Virus record (IMG/VR): IMGVR_UViG_3300033889_000069
Location: 33,591 to 97,590 of that record
DNA from: a virus
DNA length: 64,000 bases
Direction: 5' to 3' (one strand)
Shown: positions 9,721-18,206 of the stretch, one piece after another
Position numbering within the stretch: the first letter of the stretch is position 1
How the letters are laid out: each line of letters starts with the position of its first letter
Translations under genes and position numbers: made by a program
Notes under the pieces: generated by a model
Database searches by the model: none
The model's input: only the letters and a program-made list of their open reading frames with translations
What the model was told of the DNA's origin: nothing

Positions 9721-10292
9721 AGCACTTCCTCTCCATTGAGCATAGGAACGAACTTTTCAGGGTTCGTCACCATGAGTTTCGTGATATCTGCGTATCCTGT
9801 AAACTCCTCAATGTCTACTTCCGTATAAGCAAGTCCTACGCTTTCAGGAGAGTCTGCTGAGAAGGCTCCAGTGATAGCAAGAGAAGCAGGATTTGCCTTC
9901 TCAGTTACTGTCTGGCTCGAAAGGTCAAGGACTAGGGATGCGTGAGCAAGTTCCCAGCCATCTGACTCAAGACTTATCATGAGGACAGCAGCCCCACCAT
10001 GATCTTGAGTCAGCTCGATGATCCTCTTCAGCGGAGCGCCGTTGGGGACTACAACCTTATCGACAGCTCCAAAGATAAGAACCATGTCACCCTCAGCCGC
10101 CAAAAGGATTGCTCCAGGAACAACCTTGAGGTCGAGTCCTTCTTGCTCAACGTAGTCCAAAAGAGCGAAGCCAGGGTCTGCCGTAGCCATACCCGCAAGA
10201 CAAACTATCTCAACTCCTGCTTCTTCGAGAGCCTTAGCAACAGCAGAAACGTCTATATGAGGGTTGTCTACACAGAGAACATCTAGTTTCAT
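9717..10292 (-). CDS. Degenerate PHP-like domain protein
   Basis: Order of segments resembles PHP (MKLD.., VVPG, HGGAAV, VGLAYT), but the metal-binding His residues are absent. Confidence 0.45.
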   Translation of the reverse strand: MKLDVLCVDNPHIDVSAVAKALEEAGVEIVCLAGMATADPGFALLDYVEQEGLDLKVVPGAILLAAEGDMVLIFGAVDKVVVPNGAPLKRIIELTQDHGGAAVLMISLESDGWELAHASLVLDLSSQTVTEKANPASLAITGAFSADSPESVGLAYTEVDIEEFTGYADITKLMVTNPEKFVPMLNGEEVL

Positions 10293-10411
10293 CTAGGTCA
10301 CACCTCCTTTCCTCCGGCGATAGCGATAAACACTCAATCCACGCTTAGGAACGTGAAAGGAGCGTTTGACCATTGTTACGGGTAAAATTACCCGTCCGAG
10401 TTTGAAAGGGC

Positions 10412-10429
10412 TGCATTCGCGTGAATTCA
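10412..10429 (-). repeat. 18-bp oriented motif, copy 2
   Basis: Exact match; its TGA is the stop codon of HNH 10427..10900. Confidence 0.95.
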
Positions 10430-10900
10430 TATGTGTTTCCACACTTCACGCCTTATTATCTTTGTTATCAAAGGACGACTAACACCTTTGTATAAAGCAA
10501 TATCTGCATGAGACACAAGTCCTGTAGAATACAGTTCTCGTATCTCAATAACATCAGCTTCAGTTAATTTAGATTGAGAACACAGACCGCCTCTTGGCTG
10601 CATGTTATTTGCCAACTTATCATCTGAGTTGTCTTGGTGTGTCCCTAACCACAGATGATCAGGATTAACACAAAGACGATTTTCTCCATCTGGGCACCTA
10701 TGACAAACAATGAGACCATCAGGAATGTCTACTACATAGTGCTCATAAGAAACTCTATGGGCTTTCTTTGCTCTTCCATTTAATTCAAAGACGCCATACC
10801 CACTGATGAATGTGCCAGCAGTCCATATCCAGCAACCCGTCTTTGGGTCCTTTGTATACTTTGAAGTGAATCTAGCTAGGTCGCTCTCGTTCATTGTCAA
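10427..10900 (-). CDS. HNH homing endonuclease with HTH
   Basis: CWIW..GYG..AHR..CVNPDHL..DN..SKLT. Confidence 0.9.
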   Translation of the reverse strand: MTMNESDLARFTSKYTKDPKTGCWIWTAGTFISGYGVFELNGRAKKAHRVSYEHYVVDIPDGLIVCHRCPDGENRLCVNPDHLWLGTHQDNSDDKLANNMQPRGGLCSQSKLTEADVIEIRELYSTGLVSHADIALYKGVSRPLITKIIRREVWKHI

Positions 10901-12156
10901 TCCCAGTCAGGGGGATTGTATTGAGGATGTTCAATAGGAGCAAATCCACTTTCAATAAACTCACTAATTGCCTCAATAAGCCTAACCCCCGTTATCTTTC
11001 TAATACAGTCTGATGCTTCAGGAAGTCCACAGGGCCGGTCCCAACAGGGAGAGCAATTGAGTTCACTTGTTCTAAGTGGAAGACAGCGAGGATAGTATGA
11101 AACTCTTACCCCTTCATGGATAGTAGTGAAGACAGCAATTGATGGGGTATCAAAAGCTGCCGCCATATGGTAGCCTGAAGAATCAGGACAAATGAGAAGC
11201 TCAACATTCGCAGTTATTGTTATAACTTGACGAATAGTAAGAGCACTCCAGAGGCAAACCATTCCTGGTCGGCTATGGAACAAGTTTGGCCACTGCCTCT
11301 CTCCGTATACGATAACGAAGAAGCCCTGTGAAATCAGCCAGTCGATGGTCTGATTTACTGCTACAGGATCAAGCGACCTGTGCCCACTACTACCATAAGG
11401 CTGAATAGCAACCACAGGATTTCCATCAGGATTATGTGTCTTATTAAGAGCCTCATACCACTCTTGCTCATCAGGGTCGATCTTCAGACAAATCTTGTGC
11501 TCTCGCCAATCAAATTTATCTGAGAATGCCATTCCAAACAAGTCTGAGCGGTGAACCTTGGCACAAATAGGATATTGTTCCGACCAGCCACATAGGTTCA
11601 CGGAGATGTCATAGTCATTAGGGTGGACTTCTCCTATTGCTACGACATCATCGATGAAATCGAGGTTCTTAATGAGACACACATATCGCTCTGATGTGGC
11701 ATATGTAATCCTCGCCTTCGGGTATCTAAGGCGCAAATTATATACCAAATCAGTAGTTATGATAACATCCCCTGCTCCCATGTCTCGAATGATGAGAAGT
11801 GTGAAGTCTTCCCTCTCCCTTGATACCAGCATATCCATTATTTCACAAGGAGGGACAATCTCAAACTGACCAGAGGCTTCAAGTTTCGACCACTGATAGC
11901 GAGACACCTTCACTGGGTTCTCAGAGGATATCATCAGCCAATCACCATTAATCTGGGATAGCCTGTTCCTCCGGTTCGGAAGGTTCTTCTTGCGACGGAT
12001 GTAGTAGTAGCAAAGGGGAGGGTCTTCTTCAAACTGTCCCGTCTGGATGAGCCTATAAAGCAGAGAATCATCTACTGGTTTGGGCTCATCCTTGCGGAAA
12101 CACAAGTTGCCTATCGTGTAGGACAGGCCGTTGCGAAGGGTTAAAGTTCTGTTCAT
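10897..12156 (-). CDS. GT9 (heptosyltransferase-like) glycosyltransferase with two N-terminal YqbF-like repeats
   Basis: LIIRDMGAGDVII, LICPDSSGYHMAAAFDTPSIAVF, CSPCW...C...C; immediately downstream of the capsid gene. Confidence 0.85.
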   Translation of the reverse strand: MNRTLTLRNGLSYTIGNLCFRKDEPKPVDDSLLYRLIQTGQFEEDPPLCYYYIRRKKNLPNRRNRLSQINGDWLMISSENPVKVSRYQWSKLEASGQFEIVPPCEIMDMLVSREREDFTLLIIRDMGAGDVIITTDLVYNLRLRYPKARITYATSERYVCLIKNLDFIDDVVAIGEVHPNDYDISVNLCGWSEQYPICAKVHRSDLFGMAFSDKFDWREHKICLKIDPDEQEWYEALNKTHNPDGNPVVAIQPYGSSGHRSLDPVAVNQTIDWLISQGFFVIVYGERQWPNLFHSRPGMVCLWSALTIRQVITITANVELLICPDSSGYHMAAAFDTPSIAVFTTIHEGVRVSYYPRCLPLRTSELNCSPCWDRPCGLPEASDCIRKITGVRLIEAISEFIESGFAPIEHPQYNPPDWD

Positions 12157-12205
12157 AGAATCTGGGGCTCCAGGCCCTCATCCAACTTTCCAGTCGGCTA
12201 ACGCT

Positions 12206-13177
12206 TTAGGAAGCGCCAGCGACTCTGACGTTGTATCCGGTGACCATGGCATCGGCATTCTCAAGAATGTCATCGATGCGGGTGTAGGTCGTGCTTTCCC
12301 AGCCGTCCTTCCTGGGCTTGAACTCGAAGTAGACTTCGATGTCGCGTGTGATCACGTGAACGAAGTTCATCGGATAGCTCAGCCAGATGAAGGAAGCATC
12401 ACCCCAGGACTCGGACCCGTTGAGGGAATCCATGTCCTCAGGAATGAGCGGGATTTCGACAATCGGCACGCCGAACACCGTGAGCGGAGCAGCACCGGTC
12501 AGAGAGTTGTCACCAAGGGTGGTCTCTCTGTTAGCGAGCTGGTCGCGATAGTCCTGGACGATTGACGGCGAGCAGAAGAACCGCAGAGCGGCACGATTCT
12601 GCTTGAACTGCACCGGCAGGGCACGAATCATCTTGGAAAAGACGGTCTTGCTGACGTTTCCGCCCTGGACGTCTACGGTATGACCTTCGAGGCCCAGCTT
12701 GAACCATCCGTCATTTCTCTTGAGGAGTCTACCCCTCCGAGTGTTCACAGCGGCATACTTGGCCTCATCACCCTGGATCGCCAGAAGTTCGAGGTCAGTG
12801 CCGATGCGCTTGCCGATAGATGTCATGACCGTGGTCCGATAGCCCGTCCCCTCGATGTTCTCTTCCAGAGACTCTCTGGAAATGTCGATCGCAGAGCGGA
12901 GCTTCTTGGTCGAATACTCGACCTTGGAGTGAGTCGGCTCGAACACGTTGCCCGTGTCCTCCAGCTCATCCGCGCCCTCGGTCACAACGTCACCGAACTC
13001 CAACTTGTCGAACTCGCCCTTCGGATTGTTCCTGCGCAGAACGCGGCACATCTTGATGAGAACCGAGCTATCGACAGTCAGGTCGATGAATGCGTTTGCC
13101 TGCTCTTGATTTAGGCGACCGCCGCCATCAAGAGTAGTCGTGGTTATTGCTTTCTGAAGCTTATCTCCAGCACCCAA
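12206..13177 (-). CDS. Major capsid protein (HK97 fold, PBSX XkdG/P2-like)
   Basis: GGRLNQEQANAFID...LEENIEG..DLELLAIQGD..NDGWFK; strong SD with TTG start; biased codon use. Confidence 0.9.
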   Translation of the reverse strand: MGAGDKLQKAITTTTLDGGGRLNQEQANAFIDLTVDSSVLIKMCRVLRRNNPKGEFDKLEFGDVVTEGADELEDTGNVFEPTHSKVEYSTKKLRSAIDISRESLEENIEGTGYRTTVMTSIGKRIGTDLELLAIQGDEAKYAAVNTRRGRLLKRNDGWFKLGLEGHTVDVQGGNVSKTVFSKMIRALPVQFKQNRAALRFFCSPSIVQDYRDQLANRETTLGDNSLTGAAPLTVFGVPIVEIPLIPEDMDSLNGSESWGDASFIWLSYPMNFVHVITRDIEVYFEFKPRKDGWESTTYTRIDDILENADAMVTGYNVRVAGAS

Positions 13178-13203
13178 CTTGATTTCACCTCCTTCACGTG
13201 GGA

Positions 13204-13698
13204 TTATTCGGATGCCTGACCCATACCAGCCGGGAACAGGGAGTCGAAGATGCCTTCGCCTTCCTTCTTCCCACCGGTTGCGTCAATAGACTTGCGCATT
13301 CCTCTGGATTCCTCCAGAGCCTGCACGCGCTCGGATACTTCCGTCATAGTGTCAACGACACTCTTCAGGCCATCTCCGAACTGAGCGAAGAACTTAGCAA
13401 CGGCATCGGTGCCGTCACCAGAGTTCGCAGCAGCAGCCTTCGCAGCAGCGTCGTCACCAGCGCCATCGGCGTTGGCTTCGGCAGCCTTGTCCAGCTTCGC
13501 CATGAACTCATCGAGCTTCGTGGAGATGCTGCTGACGCTATCGGTAATGCCAGCCAAGTCATCCTTGGTGGCATACGAGGACATATCAATGCCCAGGGCA
13601 GCAGTCACCTCGTCCTTGCCTTCACCCTTCAGCCAAGCAACAAACTCCTGCATAGGAGTCAGCTGCTCTTCCTGGGTTTCCGTTGTCTTATCGGCCAC
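13204..13698 (-). CDS. Internally initiated scaffold protein (in frame within the protease gene)
   Basis: AAGGAGGTGA at 13715-13706 followed by an in-frame GTG at 13698; leader nearly identical to those of the capsid and tail tube genes. Confidence 0.7.
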   Translation of the reverse strand: MADKTTETQEEQLTPMQEFVAWLKGEGKDEVTAALGIDMSSYATKDDLAGITDSVSSISTKLDEFMAKLDKAAEANADGAGDDAAAKAAAANSGDGTDAVAKFFAQFGDGLKSVVDTMTEVSERVQALEESRGMRKSIDATGGKKEGEGIFDSLFPAGMGQASE

Positions 13699-14991
13699 TT
13701 TGTTTTCACCTCCTTCTTTGACACATAACACAAGTGAACCGCCCTGGTTCGTAACCATCTGATAGACCGCCCCAGGGCATACTGGCCTATCACAGAGTGA
13801 AATCGCATCAATCTTGACTTCAACGAGGTCAGTGAGCAACTTCCCTCCCTCGACCACATCTCGAACTGCGAGGACATCGCCACCAAGAGAGAATCCCTTG
13901 TAGGTTCCATCCTTGACCTTCACCCAAGCCTCATCATCTGAGACATGAGCACCAGTCAAGAGTCCGATATCATCAATCTGAAGAATCGGAGCATTTCCGA
14001 CAGGTCGGTAGTTATGCTCCTCATCAATGATTGGGTCTTCCATGTAAGCAGGGAGAGCCTTCTCGACAGCTTCCCTCGTCATGCGCTCGCCTTCATAGTC
14101 CTCAACTCCGAATAGAGTTGAGTAACCATAGACTAGCCTCTCATCTTCCTTGAGGCCATTCTCAATGAAAGGCGAGAACATCTCGAATCTCTGCCTATCA
14201 CCAACCTTGAAGACTCTGATCGAGCCTCCCTTAGTCTGGGCAGAGGCACTCTCAGGAATGCGCTTCGCAAAGTTCTCTGGTATGTTCTTGAATCGGCTCG
14301 CATCGAACTTCATACCATTAACCACAAGGGTCTTCTTATCCAAACACGCCGCAATCGGCATCATCTGATCATCGATGCGGTCAGCGAACCCGTTCTCTAC
14401 AGCATCCTTTGCCGTCAGCCACGTCTCAGAGTTCAGCATGCTGATTATCTTCGCTCTATCCAGACCAGTTCGAGCCTCATAGGTAGCAAGCATCGTCTCT
14501 CTGGCAGTATCAAGCATATCAGCAACCTTCCGCAAGTCCCTGGCATCTCCCCAGGCCATCGTAGAAGGATTGTGAATCATGAGAGCAGCGTTCCTAGGCA
14601 TAACGATATCATCGCCAGCCATGAGGATTATAGTCGCAGCAGAGGCAGCCAGGCCATCAACGTAGGTGGTAACCCTTGCCTTGTGGTTCTTCAGCATATT
14701 GTAGATCGTGTTCGCTGCGAACAGATCGCCACCAGGAGAATTGATTCGCACCTTCAGACCAGAGATGTCTCCGAGAGCAGCGAGATCATCTGCCAGCTTC
14801 GTGGGAGTAACATCATCATCCCACCAAGAATATTCTGCGATCTCACCGTAGAACAGAAGCTCTGGGTCTTCACCGTTCATCGACTTGCGAAGAGACCAGA
14901 AAACCTTCTTCTGATCTACAGTCTTCGCCACAGTCTCTTCCGTAACCTCTTGAGTTCCCTCAAGGTCTTTCTCGTTGTTATTATCTGCCAT
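13204..14991 (-). CDS. Head maturation protease: ClpP domain + XkdF-type serine protease domain + scaffold
   Basis: INSPGGD, DGLAASAA, MIHNP, ETWLTA (ClpP); ERLVYGY, DYEGE, GFSLGG, ISLCDRP (XkdF/S78-like); acidic coiled-coil C-terminus. Confidence 0.88.
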   Translation of the reverse strand: MADNNNEKDLEGTQEVTEETVAKTVDQKKVFWSLRKSMNGEDPELLFYGEIAEYSWWDDDVTPTKLADDLAALGDISGLKVRINSPGGDLFAANTIYNMLKNHKARVTTYVDGLAASAATIILMAGDDIVMPRNAALMIHNPSTMAWGDARDLRKVADMLDTARETMLATYEARTGLDRAKIISMLNSETWLTAKDAVENGFADRIDDQMMPIAACLDKKTLVVNGMKFDASRFKNIPENFAKRIPESASAQTKGGSIRVFKVGDRQRFEMFSPFIENGLKEDERLVYGYSTLFGVEDYEGERMTREAVEKALPAYMEDPIIDEEHNYRPVGNAPILQIDDIGLLTGAHVSDDEAWVKVKDGTYKGFSLGGDVLAVRDVVEGGKLLTDLVEVKIDAISLCDRPVCPGAVYQMVTNQGGSLVLCVKEGGENKVADKTTETQEEQLTPMQEFVAWLKGEGKDEVTAALGIDMSSYATKDDLAGITDSVSSISTKLDEFMAKLDKAAEANADGAGDDAAAKAAAANSGDGTDAVAKFFAQFGDGLKSVVDTMTEVSERVQALEESRGMRKSIDATGGKKEGEGIFDSLFPAGMGQASE

Positions 14992-15012
14992 TGGCTATGT
15001 TCTCCGTAGAAG

Positions 15013-15360
15013 TCAGAAAGGTATACTTCCCCTGAATCTTCTATCTTTCCGACAACATTTCTCACCTTCAGCATTTCTGCCCTTAGCAATCTTGTCATCG
15101 GAGTTATCTTGATCAGTCCCTAGAAACAAGTGCTCAGGATTAACACAGGCTCGATTGTCACAAGTATGACAGACTAACATACCAACAGGGATTTCTCCAA
15201 TAAAATGCTCATATGAAAGTCTATGGGCGTAGAATGTAGTTCTGTGGTATACAAACTTTCCGTATCCAGCGCTGAACCTCGTTCCATTCCAGACCCAACA
15301 CCCTGACTTCTCATCTATGTCAATCCTCGATAGGAACTGACTGACTTGATCACTCTGCAT
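15013..15360 (-). CDS. HNH endonuclease lacking the C-terminal HTH (possibly truncated)
   Basis: HNH core intact; ends shortly after KGRNAEGE. Confidence 0.85.
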   Translation of the reverse strand: MQSDQVSQFLSRIDIDEKSGCWVWNGTRFSAGYGKFVYHRTTFYAHRLSYEHFIGEIPVGMLVCHTCDNRACVNPEHLFLGTDQDNSDDKIAKGRNAEGEKCCRKDRRFRGSIPF

Positions 15361-15491
15361 ACACTCTCTTTATACTCCACAACGGAAATTAAACCATTTG
15401 TGTGGGGATAGCACAATAATCAGGAAATACCAGAGGTTGAAGCCATCGGTCTTGTGTATCCCCACACACTTGCATGCCTGCCAGAGACTGA

Positions 15492-15962
15492 CTAGGCAAA
15501 GAATGTAGCGAGCTTCTTGCTCAGCAAATGCGGCTTTGGAGCGCAGATTCCCTCGCCATTCTTCCACAGTTCATAGTGAAGATGCGGATGCTTGACCTTC
15601 CTCCCGACCCAGCCGATAAGTTGGCCCTTATCAACATGCTGTCCACTATGAAGGGACTCGTGAATATGCAAGTGAGCATACACGCTTCGGTATATACGGT
15701 CGTTTCCAGTCCCAGTGATTATCACACAGGACAGAATCCCGTCAGGTTCTCTGATGGCTATGTTCCCGCTGTGAGAGGCATAGACAGGAGTCCCAGCTGC
15801 GATCATCCAGTCAATGGCATCACGGTCCATTCTGATATACCAGCCGGTAACTACATTGTGTCCACTCACGTTGGCAGGCCGATACTTAGACCGGCCATGT
15901 AACGTTTCGTTGACCTCAAGAGCAGCCAAGTTACAATTAAGAGGTTTGTGTAGCTTTTCCAT
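15492..15962 (-). CDS. M23 family metallopeptidase
   Basis: AID..GTPVYA, YAHL, V.KGQLIG.VG, HPHLHYE; start taken at ATG 15962. Confidence 0.85.
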   Translation of the reverse strand: MEKLHKPLNCNLAALEVNETLHGRSKYRPANVSGHNVVTGWYIRMDRDAIDWMIAAGTPVYASHSGNIAIREPDGILSCVIITGTGNDRIYRSVYAHLHIHESLHSGQHVDKGQLIGWVGRKVKHPHLHYELWKNGEGICAPKPHLLSKKLATFFA

Positions 15963-16194
15963 TTGACTTCTTCCTTCGCGCTGTGACATTGATCTTGTTG
16001 ACAAAACCACACCGAGGACATCGGACTTCGCCTACAGTTCCAGCCCGATAATGCCCAAGCAGTCTCTGACCACCTGAGTTTGCTCCAGTGTTCTTGTTTA
16101 CTCCACAATCAGGATTCTGGCACCTGATAGGATAGAGTTTGTCACCTATTTGCCCAGGCAGTTTCTCTCTTGCTACGAAGTGCTCTTTGTCCAT
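15937..16194 (-). CDS. Com-like zinc-ribbon protein
   Basis: IRC....C...RLLG...EVRCPRCGFVN pattern like the Mu Com family. Confidence 0.6.
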   Translation of the reverse strand: MDKEHFVAREKLPGQIGDKLYPIRCQNPDCGVNKNTGANSGGQRLLGHYRAGTVGEVRCPRCGFVNKINVTARRKKSNGKATQTS

Positions 16195-16195
16195 T

Positions 16196-18154
16196 TTACC
16201 CCTTCACCAAACGGCTGAGTTCTTGAACTGCATTCTGAGCACCAGGTTGCTGAGGGCTAACAATCTGCCCTGGTTGGGATGCAGGATCAGTTTCAGGAGA
16301 CTGTGGTCTACCACCATTATCTCCACCTTGATCTGCTCCCGCAAGTGGGTCACTGGGTTTGGCACTCAAATCACCGGTGCTCAAATCTTCAATGTCCTCA
16401 ATCTTCACGAGTCCGAGCGGAGTGATCTTGAACAGAATGTCTCCACCCTTCTTCGCAGGAAGACCAAGCTCTCTGCGAACCTCGTTCAGCGTCATGACAT
16501 TGGCTTCGATGTAGCCGCGATAAATCTGCATCTTTCGCAGCTCATCAAGACTATCAATCTCGTTGAACCGGAACTCCCATGTGTCGATTCCAAGGCTCTG
16601 CGAGACGATATACTTATTGATTATGAACTCACGCTCAGACTGGACAGGTCGGATAACCTGGGACTTGAATATCTCAAGATCGACAACACCAGTATCCTTG
16701 GTGAAGTTTATCCCAGTTACCGGGAGCAGTGAGCCAGGAACTCTGTGAGCAGTAACTATCTGCTCACAGTTGTCCTTCCGATATTGCCGGAAACTAGCAT
16801 CAGTAACTTCCATCGCCAGTTTCTCAAAGACAATCTCGGAAGCAGGAATCTTGTTCCCGTGGTCATCAAACTCCTCACCAGGAACTTCGATGACCAGAGT
16901 TCCGTGGGCGTGGCCCTTACAATCCTGCTCGAAGAAGGTCTGGATTTCATCCTCAACCTCTTCATCGAATCCGCCACCCTTAAAGATGACAGCCATTCGA
17001 GGAACAGCATTGTTATCGAAGAACTGCTCCTGGAATTCAGCAGCAGCCTTATCTCCTGCGCAGGCATCGAGGGCAGCGACAATGTCGCTCATTCCATACC
17101 AGAAGTTCTCTGGGTTATACTTCCTCTGGATGATGACCTCATTTGCCCAATACTTCTCATCAATCTTTACAGTGTCGTCTTCTTCCCCATCCGTATTGAT
17201 CCAGCGAACCTTCTGCTTAGGACCAGGATTGTCAATGATACCGCAGACTCTACCATTGCGGGAGTCCATGATTATTGGAAGACCAGCCTTCTTGAAGAAG
17301 ACTCTACTGTTCGCATTGAATGAGCCCATCTCAATATTGAAGTTGCCGAAAGCTCCGACACCGGAGTTCTTTATCTGGCAGACTCCAATATTGTTAGCCA
17401 TCATTCGGACTGTAACAGCAGGCATGTGGTAGACTTCCACAATCCTCTGCTTAGCATCTCGAATGACTTCCCAGCAAGAGAACCCAATGGACTCTTTATC
17501 AATGTCCGTCTTATTATTGATGCTTACGAAGGACTCTTCAGGGTTGATATTCAGGAAGTAGTCCTCAAGAACCTTCCTGTTTTCCAAATGCTGCTTATAC
17601 TGAGCCTCAAGCTCCGCAAGTCTCTTCTCCTCTTCAGGAGTGAGTGGCCCTTCTCCCTCAAGATACTCAGGCTCAGGGACAACAGGAGCAGGAACTGGAG
17701 GCTCCTCTTGCTGAAGTGGATCAATCGCAGGTTCAGGCTGAGCAGCAAGAGCAGCTCGCTTCTCCAGCTCAGCAATCTTGGCCTCACGCTGGCGCTTCTT
17801 GAACTCGTTGATCTCTCCAAGAACTTCCTGCTCGTTGAAGTTCTTAGCAACAAAGCGATAGCCAACCCCAGAGATACAAGAAGCCTTGATGTTAACGCAG
17901 AAGAAGTGTGCATAGTTCATCTTGTAGAGCTTAACAAGATTCTCCAGCGGCAACTCTGGCTTTACCAAAGCATCCTTGGTATACCTGAATTGCTTCTCTA
18001 GCTTAGCAACCTCAAGCTGCTTCGATCTATTGACGGCAGACTGCGGAATCGGTGGATCTTTCTCTTCACCTTGAAGACCAGTTCCACCATCCTGCAGCGC
18101 CTTTGCTAAGGGTTGAGCACCAACCCGTCTTACTTTCACTTTGCGCTCGGCCAT
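16196..18154 (-). CDS. Portal protein (PBSX/XkdE-like)
   Basis: WYGMSDI, FFDNNAVP, IVTAHRVP, MTLNEVRRELGLP; between terminase and protease. Confidence 0.92.
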   Translation of the reverse strand: MAERKVKVRRVGAQPLAKALQDGGTGLQGEEKDPPIPQSAVNRSKQLEVAKLEKQFRYTKDALVKPELPLENLVKLYKMNYAHFFCVNIKASCISGVGYRFVAKNFNEQEVLGEINEFKKRQREAKIAELEKRAALAAQPEPAIDPLQQEEPPVPAPVVPEPEYLEGEGPLTPEEEKRLAELEAQYKQHLENRKVLEDYFLNINPEESFVSINNKTDIDKESIGFSCWEVIRDAKQRIVEVYHMPAVTVRMMANNIGVCQIKNSGVGAFGNFNIEMGSFNANSRVFFKKAGLPIIMDSRNGRVCGIIDNPGPKQKVRWINTDGEEDDTVKIDEKYWANEVIIQRKYNPENFWYGMSDIVAALDACAGDKAAAEFQEQFFDNNAVPRMAVIFKGGGFDEEVEDEIQTFFEQDCKGHAHGTLVIEVPGEEFDDHGNKIPASEIVFEKLAMEVTDASFRQYRKDNCEQIVTAHRVPGSLLPVTGINFTKDTGVVDLEIFKSQVIRPVQSEREFIINKYIVSQSLGIDTWEFRFNEIDSLDELRKMQIYRGYIEANVMTLNEVRRELGLPAKKGGDILFKITPLGLVKIEDIEDLSTGDLSAKPSDPLAGADQGGDNGGRPQSPETDPASQPGQIVSPQQPGAQNAVQELSRLVKG

Positions 18155-18206
18155 ATCTACCTCAGAGGGAATTGACTAATTCATTCGTTATACTATACTA
18201 CAAGGA

